Of a stretch of 64,000 bases of DNA, positions 31,250-41,861 are shown piece after piece. The stretch is from Clostridia bacterium. Its GTDB lineage: Bacteria; Bacillota; Clostridia; TANB77; CAG-508. A model generated the notes under the pieces. That model did not search any database, was not told the DNA's origin, and saw only the letters and a program-made list of their open reading frames with translations. Where the stretch lies: the NCBI GenBank assembly GCA_029258515.1, contig JARHYK010000019.1:44614-108613 (forward strand), read 5' to 3'. Position 1 is the first letter of the stretch. Every line of letters begins with the position of its first letter. A program made the position numbers and the translations under genes.

Positions 31250-32251
31250 ATGGCAGTATTATTACCAGGTGGAGCAGGATATATAGGAAGTCATACAGCT
31301 GTAGAACTATTAAATTCAGGAAAGGAAATAGTCATAATAGATAACTTTTCGAATAGCAAACCAGAAGTATTAGACGCAATTAAAAAAATTACAGGTAAAA
31401 ATTTTAAATTTTATGAAATGGATTACAGAGATAAAGAAAAACTAGAAAAAGTATTTGAAGAAAATGAAATAGAAGCAGTTATAAATTTTGCAGGATATAA
31501 AGCAGTAGGAGAATCTGTTCAAAAACCACTTGAATATTATGATAACAATATTCAAGGAGCACTTTCATTATTAGAAACAATGAAAAAATTCAATGTAAAA
31601 AAATTCATATTTAGCTCATCAGCAACAGTATATGGGGATCCAGAAATTATACCAATTACAGAAGAATGTAAAACAGGAGGAACAACAAATCCATATGGAA
31701 CAACAAAATTATTTATAGAACAAATATTAAAAGATATATATATTTCAGATAGTAGTTGGGATATATGTATATTAAGATATTTTAATCCAGTAGGAGCACA
31801 TGAAAGTGGATTAATTGGGGAAGAACCACAAGGAATACCAAATAATTTGATGCCATATATAGTAAGAGTAGCGGCAGGAACATTAAAAGAGCTATCAGTA
31901 TTTGGAAATGATTACCCAACACCAGATGGAACAGGAGTAAGAGACTATATTCACGTTGTAGATTTAGCTAAAGGACATGTTCTAGCTTTAAATAAATTAG
32001 AAAAAGAAGAAAAAGGATTATATATATATAATTTAGGAACAGGAACAGGATATAGTGTATTAGATATGGTAAAAGCGTTTGAAAAAGCAACAAACAAAAA
32101 AGTAGCATATAAAATAGCTGAAAGAAGAGCAGGAGATATTGCAACATGTTATGCAGACCCTAAAAAAGCAGAAGAAGAATTAGGTTGGAAAGCAAACAAA
32201 ACACTTGAAGATATGTGTAGAGATTCATGGAACTATATTAACAAAAAATAG
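31250..32251 (+). CDS. galE: UDP-glucose 4-epimerase
   Basis: GGAGYIGSHT, KAVGES, NPYGTTK, LRYFNPVGAH. Confidence 0.96.
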   Translation: MAVLLPGGAGYIGSHTAVELLNSGKEIVIIDNFSNSKPEVLDAIKKITGKNFKFYEMDYRDKEKLEKVFEENEIEAVINFAGYKAVGESVQKPLEYYDNNIQGALSLLETMKKFNVKKFIFSSSATVYGDPEIIPITEECKTGGTTNPYGTTKLFIEQILKDIYISDSSWDICILRYFNPVGAHESGLIGEEPQGIPNNLMPYIVRVAAGTLKELSVFGNDYPTPDGTGVRDYIHVVDLAKGHVLALNKLEKEEKGLYIYNLGTGTGYSVLDMVKAFEKATNKKVAYKIAERRAGDIATCYADPKKAEEELGWKANKTLEDMCRDSWNYINKK

Positions 32252-32263
32252 GAAGGTAACAAA

Positions 32264-33982
32264 ATGATAGATTTTAAAAAAGAAATAGCAAATAAAATTG
32301 CAAAAGTTGTTGCAATAGATGAAAAAATGCTAAAAGGATATTTAGAAATTCCGAAAGATACTAAAAATGGAGATTATTCATTTCCATGTTTTAGATTAGC
32401 CAAAGAACTAAAAAAAGCACCACAACTAATTGCGGAAGACATAAAAGAAAAAATCGAAATAGACAAAAATATTATAAATAAAGTTGAAATAGCAGGAGGA
32501 TACCTTAATTTCTATATAAATACAAAATTTTTAACAGAAGAAGTATTGAGAGAAATAAGTGAAAGTGAAAATTATGGGACAAGTGATATAGGAAAAAATA
32601 AAAATATAGTAATAGACTATTCAGCACCTAATATTGCAAAACCATTTCATATAGGACACTTACGTTCAACAGTTATTGGAGCAGCTTTATATAATATATA
32701 CAAATATTTAGGATATAATGTAACAGGAGTAAACCATTTAGGAGATTATGGAACACAATTTGGAAAATTAATTGAGGGATATAAATTATGGGGAAATGAA
32801 TATGATATAGACAATGACCCTATAAATGAATTAACAAAAATATATATAAGAATCAATGAAAAATGTAAAGAAGATGAAAATGTATTACAAGCTTGTCGTG
32901 ATAATTTCAAAAAACTAGAAGATGGAGATGAAACTTGTGTTACATTATGGAAAAAATTCAGAGAACTTAGTTTAAAAGAATTTCAAAAAGTCTATGATTT
33001 ATTAGGCAGCAAATTTGATTCTTGGAATGGAGAAGCATTCTATTCAGATAAAATGCCAGAAATAATAGAAATCTTAAAAAAATCAGGAAAACTAGTAAAA
33101 TCACAAGGAGCTAAAATAATTGATTTAGAAGATAAAGGAATAAATACACCATGTATAATAGAAAAAACAAATGGTTCAACAACATATGCAACAAGAGATC
33201 TAGCAGCTATTTTATATAGAGCCAGAAACTATGATTTTGATAAAGCAATATATGTTACATCATATGAACAAGTATTACACTTTAAACAAGTATTTGAAGT
33301 AGCAAAATTATTAGGATTAGATGAAAAATATACAAAAGGATTAGAACATGTCGCTTTTGGAATGGTACTATTGCCAACAGGAAAAATGTCAACAAGAGAA
33401 GGAAATATTGTAAAATTAGAAGAACTATTAAATGAAGCTATCTTAAGAGCGAGTAAAATAATAGAAGAAAAAAATCCTAAACTAGAAGACAAAGAAGAAA
33501 TAGCAAAAAAAGTTGGAATAGGCGCAGTAATATTCAATGATTTAGCAAATAGTAGAGTCAAAGATGAAGTATTTGACTGGAATCAAATATTAAACTTCCA
33601 AGGAGAAACAGGACCATATATTCAATATACATATGTAAGAACACAAAGTGTAATAGAAAAATCAGGAATAAAACAAGAAGAACTAACAAATAAAATGGTA
33701 AATATTGAAAAACTAAATGATGAATATTCACAAAAAATAATAAAACTAATTTATGAATTTACAGATATTTTAGTTGAAGTAACAAAAAAAGAAGAACCAT
33801 CAATTTTATCTAGATATTTAATAGAATTAGCAAAAGCATTTAGTGTATTCTACAATGAAAATAGAATAATGGTAGAAGATGAAGAACTAAAAAACAGCCG
33901 TATATACTTAACATATGCAGTAGGTAAAGTTTTAAAAAATGGAGCTGGTTTGTTAGGAATAGAAATGCCAGAAAGAATGTAA
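32264..33982 (+). CDS. argS: Arginine--tRNA ligase
   Basis: SAPNIAKPFHIGHLRST, KMSTREG, GPYIQY, MPERM. Confidence 0.97.
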   Translation: MIDFKKEIANKIAKVVAIDEKMLKGYLEIPKDTKNGDYSFPCFRLAKELKKAPQLIAEDIKEKIEIDKNIINKVEIAGGYLNFYINTKFLTEEVLREISESENYGTSDIGKNKNIVIDYSAPNIAKPFHIGHLRSTVIGAALYNIYKYLGYNVTGVNHLGDYGTQFGKLIEGYKLWGNEYDIDNDPINELTKIYIRINEKCKEDENVLQACRDNFKKLEDGDETCVTLWKKFRELSLKEFQKVYDLLGSKFDSWNGEAFYSDKMPEIIEILKKSGKLVKSQGAKIIDLEDKGINTPCIIEKTNGSTTYATRDLAAILYRARNYDFDKAIYVTSYEQVLHFKQVFEVAKLLGLDEKYTKGLEHVAFGMVLLPTGKMSTREGNIVKLEELLNEAILRASKIIEEKNPKLEDKEEIAKKVGIGAVIFNDLANSRVKDEVFDWNQILNFQGETGPYIQYTYVRTQSVIEKSGIKQEELTNKMVNIEKLNDEYSQKIIKLIYEFTDILVEVTKKEEPSILSRYLIELAKAFSVFYNENRIMVEDEELKNSRIYLTYAVGKVLKNGAGLLGIEMPERM

Positions 33983-34053
33983 AAAAAAGAAAAAATATAA
34001 TAAGTTTTGAAAAAAGTAAAAAATATTAAATTAACATAAAAAAGTAAAAACTA

Positions 34054-34215
34054 TTGATTACTATCTAAAAATATGCTATATTAAAAGTACAATAAGCAAT
34101 ATTAATATATAAATTATATATAATAATATGGGTATTGGGTAGCAAAAAGTGGTGAATCAAGCCGTGAATTAGAACTTCAAAAAGAAGATTAGGGACTAAA
34201 ATCTCTAATCTTTAA
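34054..34215 (+). ncRNA. Candidate type III antitoxin-like RNA (promoter, GC-richer leader, terminator) ahead of the toxN pseudogene
   Basis: TTGATT-17nt-TGcTATATT promoter; GC-richer 34128-34180; hairpin AAGATTAGGGA/TCTCTAATCTT. Confidence 0.35.
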
Positions 34216-34275
34216 ATTTTATAAAAAACATTGTTTTATTTATATATGTAAGATATAATAAGAATAAATGATAAT

Positions 34276-34694
34276 ATGATTCAAAATTTAAAAATTGTTA
34301 AAGTAGATTCAAATTATTGCGACTATCTATGAAAATATGATAATAAAGTAGCATATAACAAAAATGAAAAATACAATTGATTTTTTTAAAATTAAAAATG
34401 GAGAATTATGAGAAGTAAATTTCAATAATATGATACCAGTAAATAAAATAAATTATGCAGCGATAGATTTAAAAAAAGAAAAATATAAGATTATAAGAAT
34501 TAAAATATCAAAAGTTACTAAAAGAGCAACTAAAATGGTTAAATTCTAATTATAAACAAGTAAAAATTAAATCATATAAATTATATTCTCTATATAGCAA
34601 AGGAAATTTATCAGAAAATATCAAAAATAGATGTTGTAATTTTAAATTATTAGAAGAAAAGTGTAAGGAGTATAATAAAAAGGAGAACACATGA
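34276..34694 (+). pseudogene. ToxN/AbiQ-family type III toxin pseudogene
   Basis: MIQNLKIVKVDSNYCDYL*KYDNKVAYNK...DFFKIKNGEL*EVNFNNMIPV...RCCNFKLLEEKCKEY; two TGA stops, an internal deletion and frame breaks. Confidence 0.8.
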
Positions 34695-36916
34695 TAGCAC
34701 AAGTAATAATAAACTCAAAAGCCAAACAATTAAACAGAACATTTGACTATAACATCCCTACTGAACTAGAAGACTTAATATATATTGGAACAAAAGTATT
34801 AATACCATTTGGAAGAAAGAAAGAATTAGAAGAAGGATATGTTGTAGGATTTAAAGAAAAATCAGAATTTGAAGTAAAAGATATTGCTAAATTGGGAGAT
34901 AGATTAACAGAAAAGCAAATTAAACTTGCAAAATGGATGTCTAAAAGATATTTTTGTAATGTTTCAGACTGTATAAAATTAATGCAAACACCAGGAACAA
35001 GAACAAAACAAAATAAAGTAACAGATAAAATGATACAAGTAGTATATCTAAAAAAAGATATAGATGAGATTGAATATGAGATAGAAAGTGGAAAAATAAA
35101 ATCAGAAAAACATAAAAAAATTTTAAAATTTGTAAGAGATAATGAAGGTGCAACTATACCAGAAATAGAAGAATATACTGGATGTGCAAGAGGAATAGTA
35201 AATACTTTAATAAAAAATGAATATTTAGAAAAAGTAGAAAAAAAAGTAGAAAGAAATCCACTTCAAGATAAAAAAATTCTAAGAAGTCAAAAATATGAAT
35301 TAACTGATGAACAAAAAAATGCATTTGTAAGTATAGAAAAAGCAATAGATGAAAAAAGATTTGAAGAATTCTTGATATATGGAATAACAGGTTCAGGAAA
35401 AACAGAAATATATTTACAATTAATAGAAAAAATAATAAAAGAAAATAAAACAGCAATAATGTTAGTACCAGAAATATCATTAACACCACAAATAATAGAA
35501 AGATTTATAGAAAGATTTGGAAAACAAGAATTAGCAGTTTTACATAGTAAACTATCTATAGGAGAAAGACATGATGAATGGAAAAAGATAAAAGAAAAAA
35601 GAGCAAAAATAGTAATAGGGGCAAGGTCAGCAATATTTGCACCAATGGGAAATTTAGGAATAATAATAATAGATGAAGAACACGATATGTCATATAAAGC
35701 AGAATCAAATCCTAGATATGATGCAAAAGAAATAGCAAAAAAAATAGCAAAAGAAGAAAATATACCACTAATCTTAGGAAGTGCTACACCAGCTATCAAT
35801 ACATTCTATAAAGCTCAAAATAAAGAAATAACATTGCTAAAGCTAACCAAAAGAGCAAATAATTCTAGTTTGCCACAAGTAAAAATAATAGATTTAAAAC
35901 AAGAATTAGCAAATGGAAACCATTCAATGCTAAGTATGGAACTATATTCAGCAATAGAAGAAAATATTAAAAATAAACATCAAACAATACTATTTTTAAA
36001 CAGACGAGGATATTCAACCTTTATAATGTGCAGAGAATGTGGATATACTGTTAAATGTAAAAATTGTAATATAAGTATGACATATCATAGCTATGAAAAC
36101 AAATTAAAATGTCACTATTGTGGTTATGAAGAAAAACTAGTGACCACTTGCCCAGAATGTGGAAGCAAAAAAATAAGATATTTTGGAACAGGAACACAAA
36201 AACTAGAACAAGAAATAAAAAAACAATTTCCAAAAGCATCAACAATAAGAATGGATATAGATACAGTAACAAAGAAAAATTCACATGAAGAAATATTAAA
36301 AGACTTTAAAGATAAAAATATAGATATATTAATAGGAACACAAATGGTAGTAAAAGGACATCATTTTCCAAATGTAACATTAGTAGGAGTAATAGCAGCA
36401 GACAGCAGCCTAAATATAGATGATTATAGAGCAAATGAAAGAACATTTCAAATACTAACACAAGTAGCAGGAAGAGCAGGAAGAGAAAAATTAGAAGGAA
36501 AAGTTATAATACAAACATATAACCCAGATAATTTTAGTATACAAGCATCAAGAAAACAAAATTACAATGAATTTTATGAAACAGAACTAGAATTAAGAAA
36601 ACAATTGAAATATCCTCCATTTTGCGATATAATAGTAATTAGATTTGATAGCATAGATGAAAAAATAATAAAAGAAGTAGCAATTAAAACATACTTGAAA
36701 ATAAAAGAAAAAATAGCAGAAGAATTTTTAGTATTTAAACCAATGCCAGCACCAATAGATAAAATACAAAATAGATGTAGATGGCGAATAGTCATAAAAG
36801 GAAATATAGATGAGAAAACTACTATGTTATTAAATGAAATATTAAAAGAAATATATAATAAAAATTTAAAGGATTTAAGAGTAGCAATAGATGTAAATCC
36901 TAATAGTATGATTTAA
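34691..36916 (+). CDS. priA: Primosomal protein N'
   Basis: GITGSGKTEIY, DEEH, two CxxC Zn pairs, QVAGRAGR. Confidence 0.97.
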   Translation: MIAQVIINSKAKQLNRTFDYNIPTELEDLIYIGTKVLIPFGRKKELEEGYVVGFKEKSEFEVKDIAKLGDRLTEKQIKLAKWMSKRYFCNVSDCIKLMQTPGTRTKQNKVTDKMIQVVYLKKDIDEIEYEIESGKIKSEKHKKILKFVRDNEGATIPEIEEYTGCARGIVNTLIKNEYLEKVEKKVERNPLQDKKILRSQKYELTDEQKNAFVSIEKAIDEKRFEEFLIYGITGSGKTEIYLQLIEKIIKENKTAIMLVPEISLTPQIIERFIERFGKQELAVLHSKLSIGERHDEWKKIKEKRAKIVIGARSAIFAPMGNLGIIIIDEEHDMSYKAESNPRYDAKEIAKKIAKEENIPLILGSATPAINTFYKAQNKEITLLKLTKRANNSSLPQVKIIDLKQELANGNHSMLSMELYSAIEENIKNKHQTILFLNRRGYSTFIMCRECGYTVKCKNCNISMTYHSYENKLKCHYCGYEEKLVTTCPECGSKKIRYFGTGTQKLEQEIKKQFPKASTIRMDIDTVTKKNSHEEILKDFKDKNIDILIGTQMVVKGHHFPNVTLVGVIAADSSLNIDDYRANERTFQILTQVAGRAGREKLEGKVIIQTYNPDNFSIQASRKQNYNEFYETELELRKQLKYPPFCDIIVIRFDSIDEKIIKEVAIKTYLKIKEKIAEEFLVFKPMPAPIDKIQNRCRWRIVIKGNIDEKTTMLLNEILKEIYNKNLKDLRVAIDVNPNSMI

Positions 36917-36938
36917 AATAGAAAGGTAAGTGAATAAA

Positions 36939-37409
36939 ATGGCAGTTAGAAATTTAAGAATAGATGGAGACGATATTTTATCAAAAAAATCAAGAGAAAT
37001 AGAGAAAATAGATGAAAGAATACAAGAACTAATTGATGACATGATAGAAACAATGCATAAATATAATGGAGTAGGACTTGCAGGAGTACAAGTAGGTGTA
37101 TTAAAAAGAATTTTTGTAATAGACCTATATGACAATAATGGCCCTATTGTATTTATAAATCCAAAAATAATTAAAACAAAAGGAAAACAAGAAGTAACAG
37201 AAGGATGCTTAAGTTTTCCAAACCAATTTGCTAAGATAATAAGACCAGCAGAAGTAGTTGCAGAATATACAGATAGAAATGGGAAAAGAATGCAAGTAAA
37301 AGCAAAAGAATTATTAGCACAAGCAATATGCCATGAATATGACCACTTAGAAGGTGAAGTGTTTGTAGATAAAATAATACCAGGTACTATGGAATATATG
37401 GAGGAATAA
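36939..37409 (+). CDS. def: Peptide deformylase
   Basis: GVGLA, EGCLS, HEYDHLEG. Confidence 0.96.
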   Translation: MAVRNLRIDGDDILSKKSREIEKIDERIQELIDDMIETMHKYNGVGLAGVQVGVLKRIFVIDLYDNNGPIVFINPKIIKTKGKQEVTEGCLSFPNQFAKIIRPAEVVAEYTDRNGKRMQVKAKELLAQAICHEYDHLEGEVFVDKIIPGTMEYMEE

Positions 37410-37427
37410 AAGAAAGGAGCTTTAAAT

Positions 37428-38381
37428 ATGAAAATAATATTTATGGGGACACCTGACTTTGCAAAAGAAAGTTTAGAAGAAGTATATAATGCAGGATATG
37501 AGATTTTAGGAGTTGTAACAAATCCAGATAAACCCAAAGGAAGAGGAATGAAAGTAAGAAAATCACCAGTAAAAGAATTTGCTGAAGAAAAAAATCTTAA
37601 AATATATCAACCTCAAAAAGTAAGAAATAACGAAGAGTTTATCGAAGAAATAAAAAAATTAAATCCAGATGTTATATGTGTTGTAGCATATGGAAAAATA
37701 TTGCCAGAAGAACTTTTAAAAATCCCTAAATTAGGATGTATAAATGTACATGGTTCTTTACTTCCAAAATATAGAGGAGCAGCACCAATCCAATGGGCAG
37801 TAATAAATGGAGATAAAAAAACCGGAATAACAACAATGTATATGGATAAAGGCATGGATACAGGAGATATGATCTTAAAACAAGAAGTTGAAATAGGAGA
37901 AGATGAAACTACAGGAGAATTATGGGATAAATTAGCAAAAATAGGAGGGGAACTTTTAGTTGAAACTTTAAAACAAATAGAAAATGGAACAGTACCTAGA
38001 ACAAAGCAAAGTGATGATTATACTATGGCACCAATGTTAGACAAAGAAATGGCAAAAATAGATTGGGAAAATAAAACTGCAAAAGAAATAAAAAATCTAG
38101 TAAGAGGATTAAATCCAATAATGGGAGCATATACATTTTTAAATGGTAAAAAAATAAAATTTTGGAAAGTTGATGCAGAAGAAGAAAAAGAAGAAATAAG
38201 AAATCTAAAAAATGGAACAGTTATATTAGCAGATGCAAAACAAGGATTATATATAAAAGCAAAACAAGGAATTTTAAAAGTATTAGAAATTCAAGGAGAA
38301 AATGCTAAAAGAATGGGAATAGAAGACTACTTGAGAGGAAATAAAATAGAGAAAATGGAAATGTTTTTGAACAGTAAATAG
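37428..38381 (+). CDS. fmt: Methionyl-tRNA formyltransferase
   Basis: FMGTPDFA, NVHGSLLPKYRGAAPIQ, MDTGD. Confidence 0.97.
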   Translation: MKIIFMGTPDFAKESLEEVYNAGYEILGVVTNPDKPKGRGMKVRKSPVKEFAEEKNLKIYQPQKVRNNEEFIEEIKKLNPDVICVVAYGKILPEELLKIPKLGCINVHGSLLPKYRGAAPIQWAVINGDKKTGITTMYMDKGMDTGDMILKQEVEIGEDETTGELWDKLAKIGGELLVETLKQIENGTVPRTKQSDDYTMAPMLDKEMAKIDWENKTAKEIKNLVRGLNPIMGAYTFLNGKKIKFWKVDAEEEKEEIRNLKNGTVILADAKQGLYIKAKQGILKVLEIQGENAKRMGIEDYLRGNKIEKMEMFLNSK

Positions 38382-38483
38382 AAGAGACTATAAGAAATAT
38401 ATTGCTAAAGATTAAAAACAAATATAAGTTGAAAATGCAAAAGAATAAAAAGTAAAGGAATAATAAAAGAAAGGAATTTTAAA

Positions 38484-40745
38484 ATGGCATATTCAGCAGA
38501 GTTTAAAAAAGAAATTTTAGAACAAATGAAAAATGGAAAGACAATAAAAGCAATATCAGATGAAACAGGAATTTCAAAACCTACTTTATATAACTGGAAG
38601 AAAGAACAAGAAAAATCGGAAACAAAAAAAATAAATATTAGTAATAAGAAAGAAAATTCTAGTAAAACATATAAAAAAGTAATGATAGATATTGATTATG
38701 AAAAAGCATATTCTTTATATAAAAGAAGAGAATATCAAGAAGCAATAAAATATTTTACAATAACAAAAGAAAAAGATAATGAATATTTAGAAAGAAGTAT
38801 TTTTTTTATTGGCAAATGTTATTTAGGATTAAGAAAAACAAAAGAAGCAGAAAAAGAATTTAGAAAATATATAGAAATAGATAAGGATAAAAATCCACAT
38901 GCACATTTAGAGTTAGGAAAACTTTACTCAAATCAAGGACAAGTTGAAAAAGCAAAAGGGAAATTTGAAAAATACATAGAAATTGATAAGGACAAAAGTC
39001 CACATGCGCATTTAGAGTTAGGAAAACTTTACTCAAATCAAGGACAAGTTGAAAAAGCAAAAGAAGAATTTGAAAAATATATAGAAATAGATAAGGATAA
39101 AAAACCACATGCACATTTAGAGTTAGGAAAGCTATATGCAAATCAACGAAAAGCTGGAAAAGCAAAAGGGGAATTTGAAAAATATATAGAAATAGATAAG
39201 GATAAAAGTCCGCATGCGCATTTAGAGTTAGGAAAGCTATATGCAAATCAAGGACAAGTTGAAAAAGCAAAAGGGGAATTTGAAAAATACATAGAAATTG
39301 ATAAGGACAAAAGTCCACATGCGCATTTAGAGTTAGGAAAGCTTTACTCAAATCAAGGACAAGCTGAAAAAGCAAAAGAAGAATTTGAAAAATGTATAGA
39401 AATAGAAAATGACAAAAAACCACATGCACATTTAGAGTTAGGAAAGCTATATGCCAATCAAGGACAAGTTGAAAAAGCAACAAAAGAATTTGAAAAATGT
39501 ATAGAAATTGATAAGGATAAGAATCCACATGCACATTTAGAGTTAGGAAAGCTATATGCAAATCAAGGACAAGTTGAAAAAGCAAAAGGGGAATTTGAAA
39601 AATACATAGAAATTGATAAGGACAAAAGTCCACATGCGCATTTAGAGTTAGGAAAACTTTACTCAAATCAAGGACAAGCTGAAAAAGCAAAAGAAGAATT
39701 TGAAAAATGTATAGAAATTGATAAACAGAATGAATATGCTAAGTTAGAATTAGAAAAACTAAAAGCAAAACAAATAGAAAACAGAAAATGGCAATTTGAA
39801 ATAGGGGATATATTTAAAGATAATAGTAGTCATAAAAAAGATATAAATTCTGAAATTGCAATAAAAATAAGAACAGGAAATTTAGAAATAGAGGATATTG
39901 AAAAAGTAAAAAAACAATATAATTTACTTCTTGTAGCAATGTATCAAAAATTAGGACAAAAAAATACAGCATTAAAAACTTTAGAAAACATTATAGAAAT
40001 TGATCCTGAAAAAGTTAAACTATTAAATAAAATAAAAGAATCAATACAATCAAAGAAAACTAAGATATATCCATACGAAATTTGGAAAAGATTATTAGAC
40101 TGGAAAATAAATTCTAAGGACATTGAACAAGAAATGAAAAAACAAAGAAAAGTATCGAATATGGAAGAAGTTCCTAGAGAAAGTAAAATAACAACAACTG
40201 CAGAAAAAACATTCCAAAAAGAAATAAAAAAAGAAACTGAAAAAGACAATACAGAAGATAAAGTAAATTTAAATAAAAAAATAAAAAAAGAAAATAAAAT
40301 AAAAGTAATGGGAAATGAAAAAAATAGCACAAATAAAAATAATACAAAAAATGAAAAAAATAGCGCAAATAAAAATAATACAAAAAATGAAAAAAAGAAG
40401 AAAGATTCAAAAGAAAGATTATATGATTTGTTGTCAAATAAAATAAAAGAAATAGTTATGGATATAAGAAAAGAATATTATTGCAAAATGCAAGTTATAG
40501 ATGAAAAACAAAACAAATACATAAAAAAATATGATAAACTGGAAAGTGTTTTAAATTGTAGTAAAGATAATAAAAGAGCGTATATGGAATTAATGCTAAT
40601 ATTAATAAATGAAGGATATAAAGAAAAAGTAAAACAAGAATTTCCTGAAGAATATAATTTTGTAAGTAAAATAATCAATGATTATACTTCTAAAAAAATC
40701 AATAATAAAGAAGCAAAAAATGAAATAGAAGAATATTCTATTTAG
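38484..40745 (+). CDS. Transposase-like HTH + tandem TPR repeat protein
   Basis: YSAEFK...GISKPTLYNWKK HTH; eight HAHLELGKLY TPR-like units; no DDE domain seen. Confidence 0.8.
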   Translation: MAYSAEFKKEILEQMKNGKTIKAISDETGISKPTLYNWKKEQEKSETKKINISNKKENSSKTYKKVMIDIDYEKAYSLYKRREYQEAIKYFTITKEKDNEYLERSIFFIGKCYLGLRKTKEAEKEFRKYIEIDKDKNPHAHLELGKLYSNQGQVEKAKGKFEKYIEIDKDKSPHAHLELGKLYSNQGQVEKAKEEFEKYIEIDKDKKPHAHLELGKLYANQRKAGKAKGEFEKYIEIDKDKSPHAHLELGKLYANQGQVEKAKGEFEKYIEIDKDKSPHAHLELGKLYSNQGQAEKAKEEFEKCIEIENDKKPHAHLELGKLYANQGQVEKATKEFEKCIEIDKDKNPHAHLELGKLYANQGQVEKAKGEFEKYIEIDKDKSPHAHLELGKLYSNQGQAEKAKEEFEKCIEIDKQNEYAKLELEKLKAKQIENRKWQFEIGDIFKDNSSHKKDINSEIAIKIRTGNLEIEDIEKVKKQYNLLLVAMYQKLGQKNTALKTLENIIEIDPEKVKLLNKIKESIQSKKTKIYPYEIWKRLLDWKINSKDIEQEMKKQRKVSNMEEVPRESKITTTAEKTFQKEIKKETEKDNTEDKVNLNKKIKKENKIKVMGNEKNSTNKNNTKNEKNSANKNNTKNEKKKKDSKERLYDLLSNKIKEIVMDIRKEYYCKMQVIDEKQNKYIKKYDKLESVLNCSKDNKRAYMELMLILINEGYKEKVKQEFPEEYNFVSKIINDYTSKKINNKEAKNEIEEYSI
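38862..39725 (+). repeat. 105-nt (35 aa) near-identical tandem repeat, about 8 copies
   Basis: CATTTAGAGTTAGGAAA recurs every 105 nt from about 38904 to 39639. Confidence 0.95.
40315..40397 (+). repeat. 36-nt tandem repeat (NEKNSxNKNNTK) x2.3
   Basis: Direct reading of the sequence. Confidence 0.85.
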
Positions 40746-40997
40746 ATTAAAATATGTTTATAAAAGTAAATTTAGATATTTGTGAAAAGTTTGTAACATT
40801 AATGAGAAACAATCGTTGCAAACTTTTTTAATTATATTATTACTACATTTAAACAAGAATAGAAAATATCATAAAAAATTAGTTAAATACTTAAAAAGAT
40901 ATAAGACGAGATTAGAATAACAATTTTTGAAAAAATTTTTGCGTTGGCAATGAAAAATTTATCTATTTATAAAAATTGAAAACTTTTGAAAAAATGG

Positions 40998-41026
40998 TTG
41001 ACAAAAGTGAGATGATGTTGTAAAAT
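40998..41026 (+). promoter_or_regulatory. sigmaA promoter of the tRNA pair
   Basis: TTGACA-17nt-TAAAAT. Confidence 0.75.
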
Positions 41027-41059
41027 ATTAAAGTGTCAAGAGATACTAGGATATTCCAT

Positions 41060-41137
41060 GGTGGATGTAGCGTAGTTGGTTAACGCGCCAGTTTGTGGCA
41101 CTGGAGACCGTGGGTTCGAGTCCCATCTTCCACCCCA
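41060..41137 (+). tRNA. tRNA-His(GUG)
   Basis: G-1, anticodon arm CCAGT-TTGTGGC-ACTGG, GGTTCGAGT T-loop, C73, encoded CCA. Confidence 0.95.
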
Positions 41138-41168
41138 TTATATTTTATTGGGAAAAATAAAAAAATAT

Positions 41169-41243
41169 TGGGCTGTAGCCAAGCGGTAAGGCACCAGACT
41201 TTGACTCTGGCATGCGCTAGTTCGAATCTAGCCAGCCCAGCCA
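41169..41243 (+). tRNA. tRNA-Gln(UUG)
   Basis: TGGGCTG/CAGCCCA acceptor, CCAGA-CTTTGAC-TCTGG, encoded CCA. Confidence 0.95.
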
Positions 41244-41287
41244 AGAAGGATTTTCGTCGAACTAGATTCGATAAAAATCAAATAGGT

Positions 41288-41326
41288 TAGAAGAGATAGT
41301 TTAATTCGTTAGACTCTCTCTTTTTT
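41288..41326 (+). terminator. Intrinsic terminator after tRNAs
   Basis: GAAGAGATAGTTTAA / TTAGACTCTCTC plus T6. Confidence 0.6.
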
Positions 41327-41507
41327 CGTATAAATTTATGATGTTTCATAGCTTAAATCTCAATCCGAAATTTTACTATTATAATCTGTATTTTATATAG
41401 ATTTGTTTCCTCAAATAGTGAAATGTCTGGAAATGCTTGAAAAAAGGAGGTTTTTGTGGTATGATTCAAATTGTTAAGAGAAAAATAAATATGACTGAAG
41501 AATTATG

Positions 41508-41600
41508 TTCAAAACATCTGGTAGCAAAGGTATGTCTTAACATGTGAGTATTTACTTTACTCAAATTCATCATAATTTTGCGTCCATGACTACTAATTTT
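41508..41600 (-). pseudogene. Tyrosine recombinase (integrase) fragment
   Basis: Minus strand reads KISSHGRKIMMNLSKVNTHMLRHTFATRCFE, containing the HxLRHTFAT catalytic box. Confidence 0.7.
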
Positions 41601-41861
41601 TTAAGTGTATTTGATTTTTTTGACAAATATAGATAAGGAGAATATATAATGGGTTATACAAAAAAATGAAGATTAACCAAAGATAAGTAGAAGAAGTAGT
41701 ATTAAGAGAAATTATATATGTATAAAAATAAGTTAGAATAAAGTAAGGTAAATGAAATCAAATCAAATGCAGTGTTATAATTGATGCGAAACAAAAAAAT
41801 TGACAAAAAGTAAAAAAATTATAGAATAATGGAAGAAAATATGAAATGGAGGAAAAAGAAA

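Noticed and set aside
34330-34411. Two in-frame TGA codons suggesting stop-codon reassignment
   Set aside because: The gene also has a deletion and frame breaks, and TGA terminates an apparently complete ORF at 59398-59400. Simple pseudogene decay.
38862-39725. Regularly spaced repeats resembling a CRISPR array
   Set aside because: Whole 105-nt units are repeated in frame inside a protein, with no unique spacers and no cas genes
41060-41243. tRNAs as possible frameshift-suppressor tRNAs
   Set aside because: His, Gln and also the Thr tRNA have normal 7-nt anticodon loops. No Gly or Arg tRNA is in the window.
41093-41290. 65-aa ORF
   Set aside because: Overlaps tRNA-His and tRNA-Gln
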